DNA from: a virus
Lineage: Duplodnaviria > Caudoviricetes
IMG/VR virus record: IMGVR_UViG_3300040971_000039
Coordinates: 1-33,444 of that record
DNA length: 33,444 nt
Direction: 5' to 3' (one strand)
Position 1 is the first letter of the stretch; each line of letters begins with the position of its first letter. This document shows, piece by piece, positions 8,524-17,705 of this stretch. Both the position numbers and the translations under genes were made by a program. The notes beneath the pieces were generated by a model. The model saw only the letters and a program-made list of their open reading frames with translations, made no database searches and was not told where the DNA came from.

Positions 8524-8552
8524 ATATTACACCCATTACATTATTGTGTCAA
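8524..8552 (-). promoter_or_regulatory. sigma70-type promoter
   Basis: Minus strand TTGACA-17 nt-TAATAT. Confidence 0.75.
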
Positions 8553-8555
8553 GCA

Positions 8556-10166
8556 CTAAAACAGAATACTTTCACTTTCTTCTTCAAATTCTCGAACTCC
8601 CCAAATCCTATCAACAATCTCAAAAAACTTACCATTTTTTGTAAAAGCAATCTGCGTTGGTGCGCTACTTCGCCCTAATTCAACACACAAGGCATCAAGG
8701 CTCTCTTGTACCATGTAGTCCACACCAACTTTACCGCTTATCATCTTGAGTCGCTCCAAGGCCTTATAACCAGCGTATCCATCATGTAGGACTGTGAGGT
8801 ATTCTGTGATGGCGTGATCGTTTAGATTCCCATAGTACGTGACCTTGAGCATCTGGATACCGCTCTTCCTTGACGTGTGTACTTCCCACGTCCAGGAGGT
8901 AACGTCCTGCGTCTTCACACCGGTGCCTTGGATGTCGTCGTCGTGGAGCACTAGGGGTGTAGGTGTGACCGGTGGAAACTCAAACCCACAAGAGGGGCAT
9001 GTCATTAGGCTGGCGTGTACAATCTCGTCACACTCTGGGCAAACCTTAGACGGTGCAATACCCTCTCCTGGTTTGTTCGGGGTGGTTATGTTTGTTATCG
9101 GGCCATGCTGCTCTACTACGCCGGCGAAGTCTAGGACTAAACAGTGGTCGGTGTGTGATTTTAAGCGCAAGCCACGCCCTGCCATTTGCAAATACAGTCC
9201 AGGACTCATTGTTGGTCGCATCATTACGATTAGATCAATGTCTGGAAAGTCAAAGCCGGTAGTTAGCACCCCGACTGATGTTAGGGCTTGTATCTGTCCA
9301 CATTTGAACTCTTCCAATATCTTGTCACGGTGTGCTGTCTTACCGGTCACACAATCTGCCATTACACCACGGTCAACAAGGATATCACGCACATGCTCTG
9401 CATGCTCAACACCTGTGCAAAAAAATAGCCAATGCTTTCTGTCTTGCGATAATTTTATGACTTCATCGACAACCTGTACATTGTTGTCGCTGGTATCAAT
9501 AGCTTTCTGCAATTCACTGTCTATGTACTCACCACCACGCTTATGCACACCGTCAACAGACAACTTTTTATGAGTAGCTTTTGATTTTAGATACGCTAGA
9601 TACCCTTGATATTGCAATTCTGCTATTGTCACCGGCTCGATTATTTCATCAAATATAGCCGGATCGTCTGTAATCAAACCATGCCCCAACCTGTAAGGGC
9701 TAGCGGTCAAACCTATGACCTTACACTTTGGATTGATACGCTGTAAGTCGTCAATCAATTCCCTATAACCACCGGTGTCATTGTGGTTAATTGTGTGCGC
9801 TTCATCGACAATGATTAAATCTATGTGTCCCAACAGCGCAGCTTTCTTGCGTACACTCTGCACACCGGCGAATGTTATCTGGTCAATGTCCTTTTGTTTC
9901 AGTCCTGCGCTGTATATTCCAAGCGGTGCATTTGGCCAATGATAGCGTAATTTTTCAGCATTTTGAGATATTAGCTCACGAACATGAGTTAACATCAGTA
10001 TCCTTGTTGGTGGATACTGGCTTATAGCGTCCTTGCAGATTGCGGCGATAATGTGGCTCTTGCCACTTCCGGTGGGCAAATTCAAACAGACGTTGCCTTT
10101 GTTATGCTCAAACCACTTCCAAAGGTCGGCGATTGTCTTCTGCTGGTATGGTCGGAGGTTGGTCAT
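8556..10166 (-). CDS. SF2 (DEAH) helicase, RadD/YejH-like, with C-terminal zinc ribbon
   Basis: LRPYQ, PTGSGKS, DEAH, TASPYR, LTTGFD, QMAGRGLR, CPEC...CPSC. Confidence 0.92.
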   Translation of the reverse strand: MTNLRPYQQKTIADLWKWFEHNKGNVCLNLPTGSGKSHIIAAICKDAISQYPPTRILMLTHVRELISQNAEKLRYHWPNAPLGIYSAGLKQKDIDQITFAGVQSVRKKAALLGHIDLIIVDEAHTINHNDTGGYRELIDDLQRINPKCKVIGLTASPYRLGHGLITDDPAIFDEIIEPVTIAELQYQGYLAYLKSKATHKKLSVDGVHKRGGEYIDSELQKAIDTSDNNVQVVDEVIKLSQDRKHWLFFCTGVEHAEHVRDILVDRGVMADCVTGKTAHRDKILEEFKCGQIQALTSVGVLTTGFDFPDIDLIVMMRPTMSPGLYLQMAGRGLRLKSHTDHCLVLDFAGVVEQHGPITNITTPNKPGEGIAPSKVCPECDEIVHASLMTCPSCGFEFPPVTPTPLVLHDDDIQGTGVKTQDVTSWTWEVHTSRKSGIQMLKVTYYGNLNDHAITEYLTVLHDGYAGYKALERLKMISGKVGVDYMVQESLDALCVELGRSSAPTQIAFTKNGKFFEIVDRIWGVREFEEESESILF

Positions 10167-10789
10167 TGGAATAGATCCATTTGTTTTATATTCTTGTTTA
10201 TTTCTTGAAATATGTGCAGCCCAACTTCTTTATGAACGCAATTTCTTAATACTTGTCTTTTGTTTGGTAACTTATACCCAGACAAGTCAACACCATGCAA
10301 TGATTCTAAATCTGGTATTTGTGCTGATCGTAGCTTTTCACATTCAAAAGTTCTGGAATGTATATTCTTGTTACTCCAAAAAAGATGCCTTTGCATTTCG
10401 AAAGTGGGTTGTATTAACGGCGTATAATATGGCTTCACATTCTCAACTACCCAATTACACGTTGCGTTATTCTGCAAGAAGATTATTTCTTGATATAGTT
10501 TCATGTCTGGATATGCTGGAGATACACCCCTAAATCGTACACCGATGTTTTGTCTAAAACTTGAGTGTGTTTGACAAGGTGGAGACGACCAAATAAAATC
10601 AAACTCATTGAAATGGTCCAACAGGTATTGGTGAGCATCGCCGATTATCATCGTATCGTTTGGGAACATGTCTTTATAAACTGCAGCAATATCATTATCT
10701 AATTCAACTGCTGTTACATGGCAATCTTCCCACAACCTTCTATTACCACCGATTCCTGCATACAGATTTAATACCTTCACTTCACCCAC
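10163..10789 (-). CDS. DNA (cytosine-5) methyltransferase, compact
   Basis: Motif I LYAGIGG, motif IV SPPCQ, motif VI ENV, motif VIII QR, motif X RNCV. Confidence 0.88.
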   Translation of the reverse strand: MGEVKVLNLYAGIGGNRRLWEDCHVTAVELDNDIAAVYKDMFPNDTMIIGDAHQYLLDHFNEFDFIWSSPPCQTHSSFRQNIGVRFRGVSPAYPDMKLYQEIIFLQNNATCNWVVENVKPYYTPLIQPTFEMQRHLFWSNKNIHSRTFECEKLRSAQIPDLESLHGVDLSGYKLPNKRQVLRNCVHKEVGLHIFQEINKNIKQMDLFQ

Positions 10790-11721
10790 CCCCCAAACAA
10801 ATTCGCAATCGCTTCTTTCCCAAACTCAAGGTACTCAGCCGAAGAAACGCCATCCTCCCCAACCAGCACACCGTTATATTTGATGTTCCACTCGTCAACT
10901 TCTTCGATTTTAACGTCTTTCAAAAGGTCGGGGTGTATTACGTGAGACCGGCACCCTTCCCTTTGTGCATCGGTGGGGATTGTTGCCTGCCACCGTTCAC
11001 AATACCACGTGTTGTCTACTCTAGCTGTTGAGTGTGCGCACGTGCGACAATTAATCAATGGCTTTTTATCTCCGAAACAGAACTCATGTGCTGGACAGAA
11101 TTTGCACTCATACCAATCCTTGTCGGTGCTTAACGGCTCCGGCATCCTATCGCTTATCGCAATCTCTTGCGCTCTTTTTACCATGCCCTCGGCGTAAGGT
11201 TTATCAAGGCGCACACGCTCCGGCTCGACTCTATCATCGTCTTTGCAGACCGGAAAGTACAATGCTCTTTCTAGCCCACGACCCAGCATATAGACTTGCA
11301 TCTGTGTGTAGTGCAGCGGTTTAGATTTTTGCACACCGTTACGTACTACATCATCAAAGCTTTTCTTGTTATGTGTTTTGATTTCCAGTATATGATCCTT
11401 AGAAGTGATACCCGAAATAACACCGTCAGGGCTTCCACCGACGTGACACCCTAAATCTATAAAGGCTTGTTCGTCCAACGCCTCAGTGACCGTATAGCCT
11501 GCTTTGCGTAGCGTATTTACGACAACTATCTCTTCCATCTGTCCACGGCGAAACAAACTTAGGATTTGTCCTGGAAACGTCTCTACCACTGCCCAACGAA
11601 ATGACAACCACAGCTTGCGCCTGCATGGGTGCCCTATCTCACTCACGCCCATGTGTGGGCGTGGTGGCTCTTGCGTAAACGTTGCAAAATAATCGTCTGC
11701 AATTTTATTTGGAAGCTCCAT
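10777..11721 (-). CDS. PD-(D/E)XK exonuclease (Cas4-like phage recombination nuclease)
   Basis: SEIGHPCRR, GSPDG, LEIKT, QMQVYM, C-terminal CKFC....C cluster; neighbours SSB and AAA_24. Confidence 0.85.
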   Translation of the reverse strand: MELPNKIADDYFATFTQEPPRPHMGVSEIGHPCRRKLWLSFRWAVVETFPGQILSLFRRGQMEEIVVVNTLRKAGYTVTEALDEQAFIDLGCHVGGSPDGVISGITSKDHILEIKTHNKKSFDDVVRNGVQKSKPLHYTQMQVYMLGRGLERALYFPVCKDDDRVEPERVRLDKPYAEGMVKRAQEIAISDRMPEPLSTDKDWYECKFCPAHEFCFGDKKPLINCRTCAHSTARVDNTWYCERWQATIPTDAQREGCRSHVIHPDLLKDVKIEEVDEWNIKYNGVLVGEDGVSSAEYLEFGKEAIANLFGGWVK

Positions 11722-12235
11722 CTAGTATCTCCTTTTCAATCATGATGTCGAAATAATCTCTCACATTCTTGACCGCAATCCGCTTCGCTTCTCGCTTTGT
11801 GTTGGCTACGCCGACAATGACATTACGGAAGGTGTACGAATATACGTTATTTGCTTTAATCCTCTCGCTTGTCTTGATTGCCTCGACTACGCTTTTCTCC
11901 ATGTCACGTAGGCAAGCGACTCTGACAAGTGTGTAACTCTTTGACTCTGCGAACCTAGCATGGCTACGGATTCCAACCCACGTATTGGTGGTAGGACGAA
12001 ATTCAATTTGTGTCAAGGGTGGTACTTTCATTAAAAGAAGGTCGACGGCGTTCTCGTTGGCAAAGTTGAAAAGTTTTACTTTATCTGTCTTCTTGTAATA
12101 CCACCCAAACTTACAAGGTACACGATCAAGACACTCTTGCTCACAATCACGGAAGCAACACTTTTCACAAAGAACAGCGTCTGATTGACCGGTGTCAACT
12201 TTGAAGCCGGTTATTCCACAATGGCGGATGTACAT
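11705..12235 (-). CDS. hypothetical protein with Cys-rich N-terminus
   Basis: AAGGAG RBS; fills the operon gap. Confidence 0.6.
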   Translation of the reverse strand: MYIRHCGITGFKVDTGQSDAVLCEKCCFRDCEQECLDRVPCKFGWYYKKTDKVKLFNFANENAVDLLLMKVPPLTQIEFRPTTNTWVGIRSHARFAESKSYTLVRVACLRDMEKSVVEAIKTSERIKANNVYSYTFRNVIVGVANTKREAKRIAVKNVRDYFDIMIEKEILDGASK

Positions 12236-12594
12236 GGTGTTGCTCCTTCGTGGATGTTGCCGATGACTTCATACATATCCATATGCAAGTCAGAAATTCT
12301 GGCATAGTATTTGACAACAAAACCTGCTGTGAACTTGTTCCATTCAATCAAATAATTCTTGGAACCAATCCGCACAACATCCCCCTCAAAAATCTCAACA
12401 CCGTTTTTGTCGTGGAGTCCGGTGAATTGACCTATAGTAGCATTGTCATGGATATAATATCTAGTAAGAATCCCATCATCATCAAAACAAATAATTGCAT
12501 CAAAGACTCTCACACCTTCTACTAATCTAGTGTACCAACCAAACCGCCAACAATTATTTTCTTCGTCAAAACCACGAAATTTAATCTCTCTCAT
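12211..12594 (-). CDS. YopX family protein
   Basis: MREIKFRG...GQFTGLHDKNGVEIFEGDVV...EVIGNIHE signature. Confidence 0.92.
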   Translation of the reverse strand: MREIKFRGFDEENNCWRFGWYTRLVEGVRVFDAIICFDDDGILTRYYIHDNATIGQFTGLHDKNGVEIFEGDVVRIGSKNYLIEWNKFTAGFVVKYYARISDLHMDMYEVIGNIHEGATPCTSAIVE

Positions 12595-13055
12595 TTCTCA
12601 AACCTCAACTCTTTTCCAGCCTTTAGCTGCCTGTCCAGGATGACACCGTTACATGCGATTGCAAGAGCGTGGGAGTTTCCTTCCTCGTCAAAACGTTCCC
12701 CTCTACGAATTGCCATTAAGTGCCTAAAAACGGCGTTCCAATAATGTCGTGGGTTAATTTCCATGTAACCTGTTACGTGTGATATTTCCCCTTTGTTCAT
12801 AATCTCCGCCATGCCTGCAAGCTGCTCTGGAGGTAGAAGATGGTATTCGAGCTTTGAACCTTTGATTGTGGCGGTGTCTTGATTTGATGCTAACCATTCT
12901 TCTTGTTCCACGGCCCAAGCATCACACCACCCATCTCCAAATTCTTTTTTCGTTTTTCCATCGTCTTTTTGAGGCCAACCTAATTCTATTGACCTTTTAA
13001 AACCAGCACAATTTTTATTTTCTCTAATATATTTTTCCAGGCTAAAAACCTTCAT
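12591..13055 (-). CDS. DUF5664-like (dATP/dGTP diphosphohydrolase-type) domain protein
   Basis: KLEYHLLPP...MNKG...YWNAVFRHL...GERFDEEGNSHALAIACN; start ATG 13055 overlaps the upstream stop. Confidence 0.65.
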   Translation of the reverse strand: MKVFSLEKYIRENKNCAGFKRSIELGWPQKDDGKTKKEFGDGWCDAWAVEQEEWLASNQDTATIKGSKLEYHLLPPEQLAGMAEIMNKGEISHVTGYMEINPRHYWNAVFRHLMAIRRGERFDEEGNSHALAIACNGVILDRQLKAGKELRFEK

Positions 13056-13342
13056 TTTGCGCCGTCCTTTTCGTACAAATCGCTGAGAATTGGATACCAA
13101 TCCTCAAAATCACGACATAGTTTGTAATTGTCGGTGTTCCCAAGAGTTATATGTCCGCTGGTTTCAGTGATGACAACCTGCGCATTATTAAGTAATTGAC
13201 CTAATATCATAGCATCTTCCTCGTAACAAGCTGGTGCAACGATGATGCATTTGTGCGCCCATCCTTCACCATATCCTGCCACAAGATTTCTGATATGCTC
13301 GGCAAGTCTCTCTACAATCTCAATCCTTGTCTGTTCTTTCAT
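13052..13342 (-). CDS. hypothetical protein
   Basis: AAGGGGG RBS; coupled to the downstream gene. Confidence 0.65.
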   Translation of the reverse strand: MKEQTRIEIVERLAEHIRNLVAGYGEGWAHKCIIVAPACYEEDAMILGQLLNNAQVVITETSGHITLGNTDNYKLCRDFEDWYPILSDLYEKDGAK

Positions 13343-13363
13343 CTTTTTCCCCCTTTTGAATTA

Positions 13364-13385
13364 CATGGGGGCTTTCGCCCCCATG
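13364..13385 (-). terminator. GC-rich hairpin with GAAA loop after the SSB gene
   Basis: CATGGGGGC-GAAA-GCCCCCATG, 9-bp stem; no U tract, so it may be a stabiliser or attenuator. Confidence 0.55.
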
Positions 13386-13388
13386 CCT

Positions 13389-13841
13389 TTATCGTGCGAA
13401 CGCCGGTTTCTTTATCACCGGTGCCGATGATTTGATTCCACCAGATGGGGCTTTCCAGCCAGACACGTCGTTTTGCGCGTCGTATCCATCCTTTGCCGGC
13501 CTGATTTTGACCTTAATCTGGCAATCGTGACCAATCAACTGGTCGGTGTCCTGCACCTTTTCAAGTCCAATCGAGGCCATGAGCGAGTTAAGATTAGAAA
13601 GTCCAATTTCTTGTGCCTTTGTTGAGGCGTTGCGGATGTTGATGATTCCAAACAACACGCGCCCCTGGTGTTCCGGCCCAAGCACCGTGTATTGTACGTT
13701 GATGTACTGACCGGCTCCCTCCTTGGTGTCCTTCAATTCTGCACCGGTTACTGTTGCGGTGTACCATCCAGCAGGAATCGGCTCAAAACCCTGTGATACC
13801 GGTAGCTCGTCTCTCGAAAATGTCGTTCCTAAATTTGCCAT
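13389..13841 (-). CDS. DUF669 family single-stranded DNA-binding protein
   Basis: FEPIPAGWYTATVTGAELK...GRVLF...QEIG...L signature; follows AAA_24. Confidence 0.85.
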   Translation of the reverse strand: MANLGTTFSRDELPVSQGFEPIPAGWYTATVTGAELKDTKEGAGQYINVQYTVLGPEHQGRVLFGIINIRNASTKAQEIGLSNLNSLMASIGLEKVQDTDQLIGHDCQIKVKIRPAKDGYDAQNDVSGWKAPSGGIKSSAPVIKKPAFAR

Positions 13842-14023
13842 TATTTGGCCTCCTTAATTTCATTTGTAGCTTCTTGCAATAAGCCTCTAGCTACCTTTAT
13901 TTTATCCAGAACTGAATTTTTGCTTAGTCCTTCTGAATAGCCATAGTTTGCTGTTACTTTTGATAGATTGATACTGCACAAAATACTAATAGATGCATCA
14001 ATCTTTTTCCCAGCCTCTACCAT
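13841..14023 (-). CDS. hypothetical protein
   Basis: AAGGAG RBS; coupled. Confidence 0.6.
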   Translation of the reverse strand: MVEAGKKIDASISILCSINLSKVTANYGYSEGLSKNSVLDKIKVARGLLQEATNEIKEAK

Positions 14024-14694
14024 CACTCAACTCCTTTAATCTTCTTGATGATAGCACCCAAGTCCGGTGCTTCCCATTGCTCCAATTTACCCGACCGGTC
14101 TTTCGCCGACCAGATACCATCTCCGTCACATTGTAATGCTCGCTCTGTCACTCCTTCGCTGTTTTTCTCAACACGCAACGCCAAAACCTCATCAAACATA
14201 TAAGGTATGCTTTGCGCTAGTTTGTTTCCAGGCATCATTGGTGTCCACAAAATACGGTTGTTCTCGTCCTGTGCTTTCTCAGCCTTTGCAGAGAAATAGA
14301 CGTTGACTCCCTGTAGGTCACGGAAAGCACGGATTAAATCACCGACTTGATCCTGCATGGCACCGTATGCTTGGCGCGGGTCTTTCGCTGTCTTTTTTTC
14401 AGCCGACAACACAACCTCCGCAATCTCGCTCAAAGAATCAAGGCAGATTGTCTCATACTCTTCAAGATGCTCGACAACGTACAGGTATGCTTCGCTCAAT
14501 TCGTCCATCGTTGTTACCTGCAAGTATGGAATTTCTGAACCTGCTAGCGACAGCAAACCAGCTTCCGCCGATATGATTATCGGGGTGGGAAGGGTTTTGA
14601 TGAGGGTAGTTTTGCCACTGCCTGCCTGTCCGTACACGAGAACACGGACACCGTTCACTCTAACTTCTTTCGTGTTTAGTAATTTGATTGCCAT
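14023..14694 (-). CDS. AAA_24 family NTPase (Sak4-like)
   Basis: Walker A YGQAGSGKTT, Walker B ICLDSLSE, C-terminal AKDRSGKL. Confidence 0.88.
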   Translation of the reverse strand: MAIKLLNTKEVRVNGVRVLVYGQAGSGKTTLIKTLPTPIIISAEAGLLSLAGSEIPYLQVTTMDELSEAYLYVVEHLEEYETICLDSLSEIAEVVLSAEKKTAKDPRQAYGAMQDQVGDLIRAFRDLQGVNVYFSAKAEKAQDENNRILWTPMMPGNKLAQSIPYMFDEVLALRVEKNSEGVTERALQCDGDGIWSAKDRSGKLEQWEAPDLGAIIKKIKGVE

Positions 14695-14892
14695 TTAATT
14701 GTTCTCCTTTAAATATTCGATATTCTTGTTCCAAGCTTCCATAGCTTCGATTCTAGAACTCTCTCTACCTAATCTTCTCCCACAATCCTTGCACTCATAT
14801 GTATATGAAGTTTGTTCTTCAGACTCCCATCCAAAAGACTGGCTGGTGATTTCTGGTGTTCCGCCACAGGTGCAAGGTAGTAAATCTTTCAT
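14695..14892 (-). CDS. Lar-like (restriction alleviation) zinc-finger protein
   Basis: LLPCTCGG...ECKDCG...EAMEAWN pattern; ATG 14892 with AAGGAG RBS. Confidence 0.75.
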   Translation of the reverse strand: MKDLLPCTCGGTPEITSQSFGWESEEQTSYTYECKDCGRRLGRESSRIEAMEAWNKNIEYLKENN

Positions 14893-14915
14893 AGTATCTT
14901 TCTCCTTTTCAACTC

Positions 14916-14952
14916 TTGACATTACCTTATCACGCCTATACAATGATGTCAA
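14916..14952. promoter_or_regulatory. overlapping divergent sigma70 promoters
   Basis: Plus: TTGACA(14916)-17-TACAAT(14939). Minus: TTGACA(14952-14947)-17-TAAGGT(14929-14924). Confidence 0.8.
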
Positions 14953-14980
14953 GTACAAAAAACAATTATTTGGAGGATTT

Positions 14981-15172
14981 ATGAGAGATTTACCAGAATT
15001 GAGAGAGAAGATGAACGAAGCCATCACCGCCACGAACATACAGACGGTTGCGGACGCAATCGGGCTGCACTATAATACAATAAGGAAAGTGGCGAACGGT
15101 GAGAAGGACGACCCACGCTACAAGACCTTAAAGGCGATTGATAAATGGTGCAATAAGACAGAAGAGGTATAA
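14981..15172 (+). CDS. Cro-like XRE helix-turn-helix protein (63 aa)
   Basis: GGAGG RBS; IQTVADAIGLHYNTIRKVANG...PRYKTLKAI HTH pattern. Confidence 0.85.
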   Translation: MRDLPELREKMNEAITATNIQTVADAIGLHYNTIRKVANGEKDDPRYKTLKAIDKWCNKTEEV

Positions 15173-15175
15173 GGT

Positions 15176-17167
15176 ATGGCAGGCAATCTCGAAAAGATAC
15201 TAGGGGGGCCGTTGTTCTTTAACAAGACACCGGCACCACCAGAAACGCAACTCCTCACACAAATGTCGCAATTCGACTTGTATCCAGAAACCATCACACT
15301 GGACGGTGTTTTACACCGATTCCAGGTTGATACGTCCAAGGATGCCGGCTGGTACGTCGCCTTTGGTGACGGGGTGCCTGCCGGAAAGTTCGGCAACTGG
15401 CGCACCGGCGAGGAAGTCCACTGGCGTGCTGATGTCGGACGTGAGTTAACTGTACCGGAACAGATGGCGCACTCAAGGAGGATGGCGGAAATAAAGGAGA
15501 TACGTGACCAAGCTCTAATCAAGAAGCACGAGACTGCATCCTCTGTCGTGCAGAAAATTTGGGAGCTTGCAGGTCTTGCATCCGATGAGCATCCGTATCT
15601 AAAGAAGAAGGGTGTCAAGGCGCATGGGCTAAGGATAACCGGGGATGGTCGTCTTATTGCGCCGTTGTATTCCGAAGACGGAACGTTATCCAGCCTACAG
15701 TATATAACCGGCGATGGTGACAAACAGTACCATCCTGGCGGTGCTGTTAAATATTGTTCATACACTCTTGGTGTCGTATCCGATTTTTGCTATATAGTAG
15801 AAGGATACGCAACAGGTGCCACCGTGTATGAGACGACAGGGAAGCCGGTTGTTGTTGCGTACAGTGCAGGGAATCTATTGAACATGGCGGAAGTCCTGCG
15901 AAAAAAATCTCCGTCTTTATCTATGACTATCGTCGCAGACAATGACGAGTCTGGCGTTGGACAGGCAAAAGCTGAACAGGCGGCGGCGAAGTATGGGGCG
16001 GCAGTAATCATGCCGCCAATCCAAGGTGATGCAAATGACTTTGTGCAACAAGGTGGTGATTTGGTGTCGCTTCTTGAACCAACAACTACAGCACCGTGGC
16101 TCACGTGGATGGATGAGTTCTGTAAGCAACCTGCACCTATCAGATGGCTTGTAAAACATTGGGTGCAGGATAATGCGCTCATCATGGTACATGGCCCTAG
16201 TGGGTGCGGTAAGACGTTCACCGTCCTTGACTGGTGCATGCGCATTGCATCCGGTATGGATGAGTGGTGTGGTGAGAGGGTACGAGAGGGTAATGTCATA
16301 TATCTTGCAGGAGAGGGACACCAAGGATTGCGTGGTCGTGCTGCGGCTTGGAAGCAAAGATATAATCCAGACCATGTGAATATGGCTATATCAAGGGGTG
16401 GGACAGACCTAAACACGCCGGAGGGACTGCACAAGACCATATCGGCAATTAGAGAGATTAATGCCAATCCGGCGATTATTGTTGTTGATACCCTCCATCG
16501 ATTCCTGGACGGTGATGAAAACAGCGCACAGGATACCAAGACAATGCTGGACGCTTGCGCAATCTTAATGAGTGAGTTTGATTGCTCTGTGTTGTTGGTG
16601 CATCATACCGGTGTAAATCCAGAGGCACAGGCAAGGGGGCGTGGATCGTCTGCGTGGAAAGGTGCGCTCGACATTGAGATTTCCGTCGAGAAGAAAGCAA
16701 AAGAACCTATTATCAAAATTATCCAGCGCAAGAACAAGGACGCTGAATTGTCACCGGATAAGACCCTTGAGTTGGAGACGGTCTCCATTGAAGGTTGGTA
16801 TGATGAGGACGGTGAGCAGGTCACGAGTGCGGTTGTGGTGGAGAGTGGTGCGTTACCAGAGGTAAACGTAAAACTCGGCGACGACAAACAAAACCTTATT
16901 GATGCTTGGGAATATTCCGGTGCAAACTTTGAGGATGATTTACCCTACCTTACAAATTCTGCATGGAGGAACTATCTTACAGAGAAGGGTGGTAGAGAGT
17001 TGAACGATGCTAGACAAGATGTCAAATTGTCTGCAACAGGACGACTTGCAAACAGGCTTTTGTCAAACAATATCATAGAGAAATTTGACAATGGAATAGT
17101 CATTATTGACAACGCTTTGGTGTCTACTTTGAGCATGGTACACTTGGTACATTGTGGTACATTCTAG
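15176..17167 (+). CDS. primase-helicase fusion (TOPRIM + AAA_25/RepA-like)
   Basis: HPYLKKKG, VEGYATG, ADND, DAND; Walker A GPSGCGKT, YLAGEG, VVDTL, LVHHTG, RGSSAW. Confidence 0.9.
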   Translation: MAGNLEKILGGPLFFNKTPAPPETQLLTQMSQFDLYPETITLDGVLHRFQVDTSKDAGWYVAFGDGVPAGKFGNWRTGEEVHWRADVGRELTVPEQMAHSRRMAEIKEIRDQALIKKHETASSVVQKIWELAGLASDEHPYLKKKGVKAHGLRITGDGRLIAPLYSEDGTLSSLQYITGDGDKQYHPGGAVKYCSYTLGVVSDFCYIVEGYATGATVYETTGKPVVVAYSAGNLLNMAEVLRKKSPSLSMTIVADNDESGVGQAKAEQAAAKYGAAVIMPPIQGDANDFVQQGGDLVSLLEPTTTAPWLTWMDEFCKQPAPIRWLVKHWVQDNALIMVHGPSGCGKTFTVLDWCMRIASGMDEWCGERVREGNVIYLAGEGHQGLRGRAAAWKQRYNPDHVNMAISRGGTDLNTPEGLHKTISAIREINANPAIIVVDTLHRFLDGDENSAQDTKTMLDACAILMSEFDCSVLLVHHTGVNPEAQARGRGSSAWKGALDIEISVEKKAKEPIIKIIQRKNKDAELSPDKTLELETVSIEGWYDEDGEQVTSAVVVESGALPEVNVKLGDDKQNLIDAWEYSGANFEDDLPYLTNSAWRNYLTEKGGRELNDARQDVKLSATGRLANRLLSNNIIEKFDNGIVIIDNALVSTLSMVHLVHCGTF

Positions 17168-17248
17168 TAAATGTACCAAAACCGACAAAACAGCAGAAAG
17201 GTGGTACACTTGGTACACTACTCCTTAAGGAGTGTACCATATGTACCA
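17136..17248. repeat. iteron-like cluster, candidate replication origin
   Basis: TGGTACA at 17136, 17145, 17155, 17202 and 17211; inverse TGTACCA at 17172, 17233 and 17242; central palindrome CTCCTTAAGGAG. Confidence 0.7.
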
Positions 17249-17285
17249 TCACTGATGTAGCCTAAAAAAGAATGTAAAATACTTC

Positions 17286-17314
17286 TTGACATTAAAGTGT
17301 ATGTAGAGTAAGAT
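17286..17314 (+). promoter_or_regulatory. sigma70-type promoter
   Basis: TTGACA-17 nt-TAAGAT. Confidence 0.8.
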
Positions 17315-17341
17315 TAATTATAAAGAAAAGGAGATTAAATT

Positions 17342-17557
17342 ATGATGATAAGTAGAAGACCAAACGCAGGAACAGACAAGAAAGACGAATTTGTAAAACT
17401 CAATCCAGTTGACAGTGAACTTGCTACCGATATCGTGTGCAGACTTTTATACAAAGGGGGAGAGCCTGTTTCTGATGAAGAAATCACTTTTGCAAAGTCA
17501 ATAAAAGCAAAGATGATTGAGTTTGGAGTTCCAGAGTCTTACACTTTAGCTATATGA
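17342..17557 (+). CDS. hypothetical protein
   Basis: AAGGAG RBS downstream of the promoter. Confidence 0.7.
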   Translation: MMISRRPNAGTDKKDEFVKLNPVDSELATDIVCRLLYKGGEPVSDEEITFAKSIKAKMIEFGVPESYTLAI

Positions 17558-17586
17558 CATCCAACCGGTGATTCTACCGGCAAATT

Positions 17587-17705
17587 GGGACTGTGGCGGA
17601 ATGTAGACGCAGGGATTAGCGGTAAGAAGATGAAGCGTTATGCATAACGTGAAACCCTCCATAAGCCGCAAGTATGGTTTTCAGGTTCAAATCCTGACAG
17701 TCCCA
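17587..17705 (+). ncRNA. tRNA-like RNA (class II/Leu-like scaffold) with expanded, non-canonical anticodon arm
   Basis: Acceptor GGGACTG/CAGTCCC+A; D arm TGGCGGAATGTAGACGC; T arm TCAGG-TTCAAAT-CCTGA; variable arm CCATA/TATGG; ~40-nt region instead of a 7-nt anticodon loop. Confidence 0.75.

Noticed and set aside
10777-11721. CRISPR-associated Cas4 or CRISPR array
   Set aside because: No repeat-spacer array or other cas genes; the context (SSB, AAA_24, helicase) indicates a recombination nuclease.
12591-13055. Z-genome (2-aminoadenine) or other base-modification pathway suggested by the DUF5664-like gene
   Set aside because: No PurZ, DNA polymerase or other modification enzymes are recognisable.
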